Below, one piece after another: positions 50,945 through 61,159 of a stretch of 64,000 nucleotides of DNA. Source of the DNA: an uncultured Planctomycetota bacterium (GTDB taxonomy: Bacteria > Planctomycetota > Planctomycetia > Isosphaerales > Isosphaeraceae). The position numbers were made by a program, and so were the translations under genes. Where the stretch lies: NCBI GenBank assembly GCA_963823665.1, contig CAWGMQ010000010.1, positions 1,312,001 through 1,376,000 of the forward strand, given 5' to 3'. The stretch's first letter is position 1; the number at the start of each line of letters is the position of its first letter. The notes beneath the pieces are model-generated. The model saw only the letters and a program-made list of their open reading frames with translations. It did not search any database and had not been told where the DNA came from.

Positions 50945-51775
50945 ATGACTGTATTCCTCGGGCACTCATCCAACGACACCGAGCCCACCCTCAACCTCCC
51001 CGCCTATCTCGCGCGCATAGGATACAAAGGAAGCCTCGATCCGACGCTGGAGACGCTCAAGGCGCTCCATTTCGCCCACGCCTCCACCATCCCGTTCGAG
51101 AATCTCGACATCCTCCTCGGTCGCGGCATCTCGCTTGACCTGGCCGATTTGCAGGCGAAGCTCGTCACAGCGCGGCGGGGCGGATACTGCTTCGAGCAGA
51201 ATGCCCTTTTCGCCGCCGTGCTCGAATCGCTCGGATTCAAGCTGCGTCGCCTGGCCGCCCGGGTTCAGTTCGGCGCCACCGAGATCCGCCCGCGCACGCA
51301 CATGAGCCTTGAAGTCGAGGTTGAGAACGAGCCGTGGCTGGCCGACGTCGGCTTCGGAAGCTCCGGGCCGCGATATCCCATCGCGCTGCTCCGGGGTGAG
51401 CCCGACCAGCACGGCGTGTGGACTTACCGCATCAGGAGCGAGGGCGAAGGATTCGTGCTCGAGTCGCAAGAGCCCGCCGGCTGGGTCGATCTCTACGTCT
51501 TCACCCGCGAGCCTCAATACGCAGTCGACTACGTGGTTGGCAACCATTACACAGCAACTCACCCTCACTCGCCGTTCGTGCAGAACCTGATCGTGCAGAA
51601 GGGCGGATTGAGCTCGCGGCTGAACCTGCTCAACGGCGAGCTGACCGAAGTGACGCCGGTTGGTGCAACGGTGACATCGCTCGCCGAGGACGACGGCCTG
51701 CTCGATCTGCTGGCAGATCGCTTCGGCCTGGAGTTTCCCCATGGAACGCGCTTCCCCCGGCGCACAACGCCCTGA
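50945..51775 (+). CDS. Arylamine N-acetyltransferase
   Basis: IPFENLD, RRGGYCFEQN (Cys), THM (His), ADVGFG (Asp). Confidence 0.95.
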   Translation: MTVFLGHSSNDTEPTLNLPAYLARIGYKGSLDPTLETLKALHFAHASTIPFENLDILLGRGISLDLADLQAKLVTARRGGYCFEQNALFAAVLESLGFKLRRLAARVQFGATEIRPRTHMSLEVEVENEPWLADVGFGSSGPRYPIALLRGEPDQHGVWTYRIRSEGEGFVLESQEPAGWVDLYVFTREPQYAVDYVVGNHYTATHPHSPFVQNLIVQKGGLSSRLNLLNGELTEVTPVGATVTSLAEDDGLLDLLADRFGLEFPHGTRFPRRTTP

Positions 51776-51941
51776 CCGCTGTTGCCGCACCGCCGCGATC
51801 GGTAATCGGTGAAGCGTCGTTCTTCCCGCCCCTCGACCGATGATGCCGCAATTCGACACGGCTCCCATCGTCCCTGGACCGTTTTTAAGCGGGGCCGTTA
51901 GAATGATTTTCGCACATTCCCCCAGGGGTCGGAGCGACAAC

Positions 51942-54900
51942 ATGATCCTGAAGCTTTCTGGTCGCGTGCTCGGTCGTAGCGCCGGGCACGTGCGAGGCCG
52001 CCGCAACGACCGCGGAGCAAGGGAATTCTGGCTCTCCGCCGAGTTTCTCGAGCAACGCTGCCTCTTGAGCGATCTGCCTTTGCAAGCACCGTCCGTCGCC
52101 ACTTCTGCCTACACACTTCCGATCGCCTTCGAGCCCAACCAGGGCCAGACCGATCCGCAAGTCAATTACCTTGCGCACGGCGCCGGCTACACGCTCTTTC
52201 TTTCAGAAAGTGCCGCCACGCTCACGCTGCAAGCCGGAAACGACACGTCCGAGGGCATCGCCCTGCGCATGCAGCTTCTGGGCGCCAGTGCCGCCGCCGA
52301 GTCCGCCGCACTTGTTCCCACCGGCGGGATGAGCAACTACTTCATCGGCAACGATCAATCACAGTGGCATACGAATATTCCAACTTACGGCAAGGTGGAG
52401 TACCAGAATGTATATCCTGGTGTGAGCCTCGACTATTACGGCAACCAGGGGATGCTCGAATATGATTTCACGGTCTCGCCCGGCATCTCTCCCGGCGTGA
52501 TCAGGTTCGCCATCCAAGGGGCCCAGTCCGTCACGCTCGACGCGCAGGGAGAACCTCGTCCTCGGCCTGCCGGGCGGCCCTCTGATCGAGCATGCGCCAC
52601 CCTGTATCAGACGATCGATGGCGTCCCGCACGACGTGCCCGGCGGATTCGTGCTTTCCGCCGGCGATCAGGTCGGCTTCCAGGTCGGCGCCTACGACACG
52701 GCGCTGCCTCTCGTGATTGACCCCACACTCGCCTACTCGACCTATCTGGGCGGCAGCCTGGGCGACAAGGCCACGGCCGTCGCGGTCGACCAGGCCGGAG
52801 ACGCCTACGTCACCGGCGAGACCGGCTCAAACGACTTCCCGATCACGACGGGCGCCTATGACAACAAGCTCAACGGCAGCGGCACACCGGGAAACACCGT
52901 GACCGACGTCTTTGTCACCAAGTTCAACCCCTCCGGCCAACTGGTTTATTCGACATACCTCGGGGGTGGAGACCGACGACCACGGCACCGGAATCGCAAT
53001 TCTCAACGGCAACGCGTACGTGACCGGCTGGACCGACTCCACCGATTTCCCCACGACGTCCGGCGTACTCGAGCGGTCCTTCAGCGGTGGCACCGCGCCC
53101 GGCGATGGCTTCGTGACCGAGCTGAACTCCACCGGCACCGCCCTTGTCTATTCAACCTACTTGGGCGGCAGCGACTCCGACCAGCCCAATGCAATCGCCG
53201 TGGATAGCGCGGGCGACGCCTATGTGGTCGGAGAGACCGAGTCGGACAACTTCCCGACCAAGAACCCGCTCCAGACATCCAACGGCGACGAGGACGGCTT
53301 TCTGGTGAAGCTGAACCCGACCGGCACTGCCCTCGTCTATGGGACCTACATAACAGGAATCGGCGACGACGCAGTGAACGCCGATGCGTACGGCGTCGCC
53401 GTCGATCCCAGCAACGAGGCGATCGTCGTCGGTGGCACACAATCCGCCGTCTTCCCCATCACGCCCAATGCCTACCAGACCACGAACAACGGGGCAAGTA
53501 ACGCCAGTGACAACGCGTTCGTGACCAAGTTCAACGCCGCCGGCACCGGCCTTATCTATTCGACCTTCCTGGGTGGATCGGTCATGGACGACGCCTACGC
53601 CGTCGCAACCGACAGTTCTGGTGACGCGTACGTCACCGGCGAGACCTTCTCGTCCGATTTCCCGGTCACTCCCGACGCCGCCCAGAGCGTCTTCAGTTAC
53701 ATCGATACGTTCGGGCTCTCCAACGCCTTCGTGGCCAAACTCGCCCCCTATGGCGGGCTGCTCTACTCCACATTCCTGGGCGGCGGCGGTCTGGATTCCT
53801 CTGCCGGAGGCCAGGCGATCGCCGTCGATAGCCAGGGCGACGCCTACGTGACCGGCTTCACCGCCGACACATCGACTCCGTTCCCGACCGTGAACGCCTT
53901 CGAGCCCGACAAGCCCGGCGACTACGACGCGTTCGTGACAGAGGTTAGTCCCGACGGCTCAAACTTCCTCTATTCGAGCTATCTCGGCGGCGTGACCGCT
54001 GACTACGGCTTCGGAATCGGCGTGGACGGGAACGGCAACGCCTACGTCGTGGGCGAGACGACGAGCACTGCACAGGCGGACGGCGGCACGCTCGCCACTT
54101 TTCCAACGGTCAATGCGATCAAGACGACGCCACCCCCCGCTGGCGAAACCAACGGCTTCGTCACCCGCGTCAACCTGCTCGATCCCGGAGCGGGCACCTT
54201 CCGGTACAGCGTGGACGGCGAGGCAATCTTCCAGACCACCGAAGCCGCCGGATTCGTGACGATCGAGGTTACACGCTCCGGTGGCGACACCGCGGCGGCG
54301 GATGTCAGCTATTCGACCAGCAATGGTACCGGAACAGGCGCCGCCAAGGCCGGCACCAACTACACCGCGACGTCGGGCACGCTCGATTTCGCCCAGGGCC
54401 AGACGACCGCGACATTCAATGTTCCCATCCTGGACGACGGCAAGAACGACGGCGTGCCATACCTTGTTTTCAACGTGGCGCTCTCGGGAGCGACCAACGG
54501 CGCCACGATCGACTCGACGTACGGCACCGGCAAGGTCTGGGTCTACGACATCGAAACGACCAACACCGACAACGACCTCTACGAAGACGCAATCCCGCTT
54601 GCCGGAAGTGTCGTGACAGCCACCGGGTCCAACGTGGGCTACACCTCGAACACGGGATTGGAGTCCGGCGGCGACCCCTACGACATCTACGACTATCCGG
54701 TCACCGACTCCAAGAGCGTCTCCAACCCCAAGAACGACGGCGGAGCCTCCGCCTGGTGGATCTGGTCGCCCCCCGCAAGCGGTATCGCCACCATCGACAC
54801 ATTCGGCAGCAACTTCGACACGCTGCTCACCGTGGCAGAGACAGACCTCACCGTGGAATCGAATCTGGGCGGCGGCCACTTGATCGAGAATGACGACGCC

Positions 54901-57900
54901 CCGGGCATCGGCGACGGCACCAGCGAAGTCACATTTTTCGCCCAGCAAGGCGTTGCGTACCGGATCGACGTCCAGGGCTACGACTCAGGCGGCGGGCCGG
55001 CTGAGGGCAACATCGTCCTCCATATCAACGGGCAAGCGCCGGGCTCGGTGCAGTTCACGGAGCCGTCGTACGACATCGGCGAAAACGACGGCGAGATCGC
55101 CATTCCGGTCACACGCTCAGGCGGCAGCGCAGGCGCCGTCTCTGTGCAGGTGGTCACCGGCAGCAGCAGCGACACCGCCGTGGCTGGTGTCGACTACACC
55201 GCCGTCACGCAGACCCTCACCTGGGCAGCGGGTGATATGAGCACTCAGGATATCGTGATTCCCATCCTCAATCATCACGCCTCCGGCAATAGCCCGACGT
55301 TTACCGTCACACTGGAGAACCCAACCGGTGATGTCGGAATCGGCTCTCCCAGTTCCACGCAAGTCGTTATTTTCCAGCCTTCCTTCCCAGCCGGAACGAT
55401 CTCTCTGGGCGGCACCAGCTTCACGGTGAATGAAGACGCTGGCAGTGTCGAGATTCCCGTCGATCGTTCCAATGAAGGCGAAGAGATCGCGGTTTCCGTG
55501 CAGATCGCGACGGGCGGTGGTACGGCCGTGGCCGGCACCGACTACTCGAGTGTCAGCCAGACACTCTTCTGGACCGATGCCGTTCCGAACGGCGTCGACA
55601 CGATCACGATTCCCATCCTTGATCGCGGTCTGACCAGCGGATCGAAAACCGTCAATATCACCATCTCGAGCCCGACCGACGGCGCAGCTCTCGCCGCGCC
55701 CACCACGGCTGTCTTGACGATCAACGACAACGACCCCGCCGCCGGCACGATCGCGCTCGGTCAGGCGACGTTCAGCGCCAACGAAAACGCCGGTAGCATC
55801 TCCATCCCCGTCACGCGCAAAGCCGGCAGCACCGGTGCCGTCTCGGTCCAGCTCAGCACCAGCGACGGAACGGCCGTTGCTGGCCTCGACTACACCGCCG
55901 TCAGCCAGACCATCAACTGGGCCGCCGGCGATTCAAGCACCAAGACCGTGAGCATTCCGATCACCGATCGCGGTCTCTCAACCGGATCGAAGACATTCAA
56001 CATCACGCTGACAAATCTGATCGGAGGCGCTGTTTCCGTCAATCCCAGCACGGCGGTCTTGACCATCGCCGATAACGACACCGCCTCAGGCGCAATCGCG
56101 CTCGGCTCCGCAACCTACAGCGTGAACGAAAACGGCGGCAGCATCTCGATCCCGGTGTCGCGCACCGGCGGCACAAGCGGCGCGGTCTCGGTCAAGTTCA
56201 GCACGAGCGACGGCACCGGCGTCGCGGGCACCGATTACACGGCTGTCACCCAGACCCTCAACTGGGCGGCCGGCGTTTCGAGCACACAAAACGTCAGCAT
56301 TCCTATCTTGGATCGCGGCCTCACCAGTGGCTCGAAAACCGTCAACATCACGCTTTCAAGCGCCTCGGGCGGCGCCACGCTCGGCAGCCCGAGCACCGCT
56401 GTCCTGACCATCGCGGACAACGATCCCACGCCCGGCGCGCTGGCGCTGGGCGCCGCCACCTACAGCGTGAACGAGAACGGCGGCAGCATCTCGATCCCGG
56501 TGTCGCGCACCGGTGGCTCCAGCGGCGCGGTCTCGGTCAAGTTCAGCACGAGCGACGGCACCGGCGTCGCGGGCACCGATTACACGGCTGTCACCCAGAC
56601 CCTCAACTGGGCGGCCGGCGTTTCGAGCACACAAAACGTCAGCATTCCTATCTTGGATCGCGGCCTCACCAGTGGCTCGAAAACCGTCAACATCACGCTT
56701 TCAAGCGCCTCGGGCGGCGCCACGCTCGGCAGCCCGAGCACCGCTGTCTTGACCATCATGGACAACGATCCCACGCCCGGCGCTGGCGCTGCGGCGCCGC
56801 CACCTACAGCGTGAACGAGAACGGCGGCAGCATCTCGATCCCGGTGTCGCGCACCGGCGGCACAAGCGGCGCGGTCTCGGTCAAGTTCAGCACGAGCGAC
56901 GGCACCGGCGTCGCGGGCACCGATTACACGGCTGTCACCCAGACCCTCAACTGGGCGGCCGGCGTTTCGAGCACACAAAACGTCAGCATTCCTATCTTGG
57001 ATCGCGGCCTCACCAGTGGCTCGAAAACCGTCAACATCACGCTTTCAAGCGCCTCGGGCGGCGCCACGCTCGGCAGCCCCAGCACCGCTGTCTTGACCAT
57101 CATGGACAACGACCCCGCGCCCGGCGCACTTGCGCTCGGTGCCGCCACGTACAGCGTGAACGAGAACGGGGCCAGCATCTCGATCCCGGTCTCGCGCACC
57201 GGCGGCTTGAGCGGCGCCGTGTCGGTCAAGTTCAGCACCAGCAACGGCACCGGCGCGGCGGGCACCGACTACACCGCCGTCACCCAGACCCTCAACTGGG
57301 CCGCCGGTGATTCGAGCACCCAAAACGTCAGCATTCCCATCCTCGACCGCGGTTTGACCAGCGGCTCGAAGACAGTGAACCTCACGCTCTCGAGCGCCAC
57401 CGGCGGTGCCACGCTCGGCAGCCCCAGCACCGCTGTCTTGACCATCATCGACGATGACGGCGCGCCCGGCTCGCTCGCACTCAGCGCCGCCACGTTCAGC
57501 GTGAACGAGAACGGGGGCAGCGTCTCGATCCCGGTTTCGCGCACCGGCGGCTCAACCGGCGCGGTCTCGGTCGACTTCACCACGAGCAACGGCACGGGCG
57601 TGGCAGGCACCGATTACACGACTGTCACCCAGACTCTCAACTGGGCCTCCGGTGACGCGAGCACGAAGAACGTCAGCATTCCGATCCTCGACCGCGGACT
57701 GACCAGCGGGTCGAAGACCGTGAACATCGCGATTTCGACTCCCAAGGGAGGCGCAACACTCGGAAGTCCGAGCACGGCCGTTCTGACGATCGCGGATAAC
57801 GACGTCGCCCACGGCGCCCTCGCGCTCGGCGCCGCCACCTACAGCGTGAACGAAAACGGCGGCAGCATCTCGATCCCGGTTTCGCGCACCGGTGGCAGCG

Positions 57901-59258
57901 GTGGCGCGGTCTCTGTGCAGTTCAGCACCAACAACGGCACAGGCGCGGCGGGCACGGATTACACGAGCGTCACCCAGGTCCTCAACTGGGCCGATGGTAA
58001 TTCCAGCACACAGAACGTGACCATTCCGATCCTCGATCGCGGACTCACCAGCGGGTCGAAAACCGTCAACATCACGCTCAAGAGCCCGACCGGGGGAGTA
58101 ACGCTCGGCAGCCCGAGCACGGCTGTCCTGACTATCAATGATAATGACGCCGTTCCCGCATCGCTCCAGTTCAGCGCTTCCACGTACAGCGTGAGCGAAG
58201 ACGCAGGGAGCATCACAATTCTGGTGACTCGCACCCAGGGCAGCACCGGCGCCGTCTCGGTTCAGTTCCACACGAGCAACGGCACAGCGCAGGCCGGCAT
58301 CGACTATACGGCGGTCACCCAGACCCTCAACTGGTCCGCCGGCGACACGAGCACGAAACAGGTCAGTATCCCCGTCCTCGACAACCCCCAGGCCACCGGC
58401 GACGAGACCATCAACTTGAATCTGAGCAACCCCGCGTCGGGCGCATTCCTCGGCACGCCCAGTGCCGCCACCTTGACGATCCACGCCGTGAAAGCCGTGC
58501 TCCAGTTCGCTCACAGCCAATTCAGCGCAAACGTATTGGACGGTGACGCGACATTGTCGCTCTCCCGCACAGGCAACCTTCTCGACGCGGTAACCGTGGT
58601 TGTGCAGAGCCCCGGCGGGTCGGCGATCGCCCCCTTCCAGAAGTCGATCACCTTCGCCGCCAACGCACAGACCGCGACCTTCACGGTCCCGATCCAGAAC
58701 AACGGCGTGCCCGGCCAGAGCGACGTCACCGTTCCGCTCTCACTCTCATCTCCGGGTTCGGGCGCATCGCTCGGCACCACGGTTTCCGCCAGCCTGGTCA
58801 TTCACGACAACAACCCGTTCCCGCCGCCCGTGACGGCCTCCCTCCAACTGGCGACGGCGGCGATCAAGATGGGCAAAGGGAAGAAGGCGAAGACGAAGAA
58901 GGAGACCGTGCTCGAGCTCACGTTCACAGGCCCCGTCTCGGGCGCCGGCAACCTGGGCGCATATCAGCTCTTCTCCGGCAAGACGAACAAGAAGCACGTC
59001 ACGACATTCAACAAACGCGTGACTCTGAGTTCGGCTCTCTTCACCGCCGGGACCGCAAGCTCGAGCGTGATGCTCATCCCCAAGAGCGCGCTCAACCTCG
59101 CCGTGCCCGAGCAACTGACCGTTATCTCAGCAGACCTCACCGACTCCTTCGGCCGCCCCCTCGATGGCGGCCAGAACTTCATCGCCACCTTCAGCAAGAA
59201 GACGGGCGTGACCGTCACCGCCGCGCGGCTCGAAAGCAGCCCGCCAGCCTCTCCGTAG
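51942..59258 (+). CDS. Giant surface protein with SBBP beta-propeller repeats and multiple Calx-beta repeats (frameshifts ~52550, ~52595, ~52970, ~56785)
   Basis: EFLEQRCLLS, FEPNQGQ, LVIDP, YSTYLGG and AVDxxGDAYVTG repeats; then YSVNENGG...AGTDYT...IPILD repeats; Lys-rich C-terminal domain. Confidence 0.88.
55771..58500 (+). repeat. 345-bp tandem Calx-beta coding repeats
   Basis: Unit starts at 55771, 56116, 56461, 56805, 57150, 57495, 57840, 58185; units 56116-57150 are nearly identical. Confidence 0.92.
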
Positions 59259-59748
59259 GGTCCGCCTTTGCGGACCGTCTTGATCCAACGATGCGCAGAT
59301 CTATCGAATCGCCAGCAAGTACACCAGGAGCGCCAGGCAGACCATCACGATGACGACGCGCGAACCCCATTTCGTGAGTCCCTTTGCGCGGAAGTCTCTG
59401 AGTGACCGGGCAGTTCCCGCTCGATGAATTCATCGTATTCAAGATCATCGTCATCATCACCGCCGTAGCCGGCCGGGATACCCGCCTCCCACACATGAGC
59501 GTCTTCGCTCCATCCGGTTCTCGTTATCCGAGCCGCACTCGCGACAAGCGGCCGCGCTCACTGACACGTCAGCCCCACAATGCGGGCAAACGAAGAAGTC
59601 TTCCTTGCGTTTGCGGCGATTCATCACGATCCGCCCTTCCGTTCTTCCAACCCATGATTCTGGTTCATCCACCAGGTTTGCGCGACATCTGATCATACCA
59701 AGATCATCCCGGCGACAGGCGATGTCGTAGGGTCCGCCGTTGCGGACC
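59255..59748 (+). repeat. Pair of GTAG-type REP-like hairpins
   Basis: GTAGGGTCCGCC(t/g)TTGCGGACC at 59255-59276 and 59727-59748. Confidence 0.8.
59301..59624 (-). CDS. Small Zn-ribbon membrane protein (frameshifted)
   Basis: FVCPHCGA..AAACRECGSD, then in other frames TGWSED...YDEFIERE and a hydrophobic C-terminus. Confidence 0.6.
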
Positions 59749-59803
59749 ATCTGCTAAGATGTGTTACAAATCGATCCGCCGTCACGGTCGAGGAGGATGT
59801 CCC

Positions 59804-60994
59804 ATGAGCACCCAACGGCTGTCAACATTCGGATTCGCCGCGGCCCTTTGCCTGGTCCTCACACCCGCAGCGATCGGAATGTTCGCGCTGCTGGAAATCC
59901 AGAAGGTTCCGGTGGAGCGACTCGTGACCAATCTGGAAGCGAAGATCAAGAATGATCCAACGGACGCCAAGAGCGTCATGAATCTGGCGCGAGTGCACGG
60001 CATGGCGTACGCGCTCAAGACCGAGAGTGCCGACCTGGTCAAAGACCATGAAGATTGGGGGCCCTGGTTCGGCTACCTGCCGAAATCTGTCCCGTTCAAC
60101 AAGATCAAGCAAACCGAAGATAAGGAACAACAACGAGCGGCCAAGCTGCATCTGTCCAAGGCAATCCTGGGCTTCCGTGAGGCGATCAAGCTCGAGCCCG
60201 ACAACATGGTGGCACGCCTCGGTCTGGCCTGGACCCTCGAAAAATCGGGTGAGAAGTCCATCGCGATCAAGCAATACCGCGCGCTCATCGCGGATGCCTG
60301 GAAAAAAGAGAAGTCCTTGCGCTCCATCCCGATGAACGGCGAAACCATCGTCAGCGAGGCTTCCGACTACCTCATCCCGCTCCTCGACAAGGAGAAGGAC
60401 GAGGACGAAATCGCCACGCTCCGGACGCGAGCCGCGGGGCTGCGAAGGTTGCCGCGCCCCATCACGCCTGTCGCCGTGCCGCTGCGCGATGGATTGCGGG
60501 CGGGCGACATCCTCGATCCCCACGCAGCCGTCGCCTTCGACGCCGACGGGTCCGGTCTGAAAGGGCGCTGGACCTGGATCACCAAAGACGCAGGCTGGCT
60601 AGTTTATGACCCCAAGAACGAGCGCCGGATCACCTCCGGATTGCAGCTCTTCGGCAGTGTGACCTTCTTCCTCTTCTGGAACACCGGCTACGACGCGCTC
60701 TCAGCACTCGACGATAATCGCGATGGCTCGCTCACCGGCAGCGAGCTAACCGGCCTTGCGATCTGGGAAGATTCGCGCAACCCCGGCGTCTGCGACCCCA
60801 GCGAGGTGAAACCGCTTTCGGAATATGGGATCGTCGCCGTCTCATGCCGCTTCGATCGCGACCCAAGTCATCCCGACCGGATCGCTTTCTCCCCAGGTGG
60901 CGTGACTTTCCGTGACGGCAGCACGCGTCCAACGTTCGACGTCATTCTGAAGCCAATCGACCGACCTGTTGCAAGTGTAAAGGCGCACCGATAA
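59804..60994 (+). CDS. Exported TPR protein with FrpC self-processing-module-like C-terminal domain
   Basis: Signal peptide; FREAIKLEPDNMVARLGLAW TPR; TPVAVPL...FDADGSG..W..DAGWLV..ITSGLQLFG..GYDALSALDDNRDG..LAIWED..GI. Confidence 0.75.
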   Translation: MSTQRLSTFGFAAALCLVLTPAAIGMFALLEIQKVPVERLVTNLEAKIKNDPTDAKSVMNLARVHGMAYALKTESADLVKDHEDWGPWFGYLPKSVPFNKIKQTEDKEQQRAAKLHLSKAILGFREAIKLEPDNMVARLGLAWTLEKSGEKSIAIKQYRALIADAWKKEKSLRSIPMNGETIVSEASDYLIPLLDKEKDEDEIATLRTRAAGLRRLPRPITPVAVPLRDGLRAGDILDPHAAVAFDADGSGLKGRWTWITKDAGWLVYDPKNERRITSGLQLFGSVTFFLFWNTGYDALSALDDNRDGSLTGSELTGLAIWEDSRNPGVCDPSEVKPLSEYGIVAVSCRFDRDPSHPDRIAFSPGGVTFRDGSTRPTFDVILKPIDRPVASVKAHR

Positions 60995-61159
60995 CACTTG
61001 CGATGTTCCGATCTGATCCTCGTTGGCTGGCCCGTAACCGCCAGCCGGCTCTTCTGCGTAATTGAGCGAGGTCGACGCCATGCCCTCAAGCGAGATCACC
61101 TGTTGCTTTTGTCAGGCCACCTTCCCTGCGCCTCCCGGGAAACGGGGCACCACTTTCAA

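Noticed and set aside
55771..58500. Near-identical repeats as a DGR template/variable pair
   Set aside because: They are in-frame tandem domains, differences are not adenine-specific, and there is no reverse transcriptase in the window.
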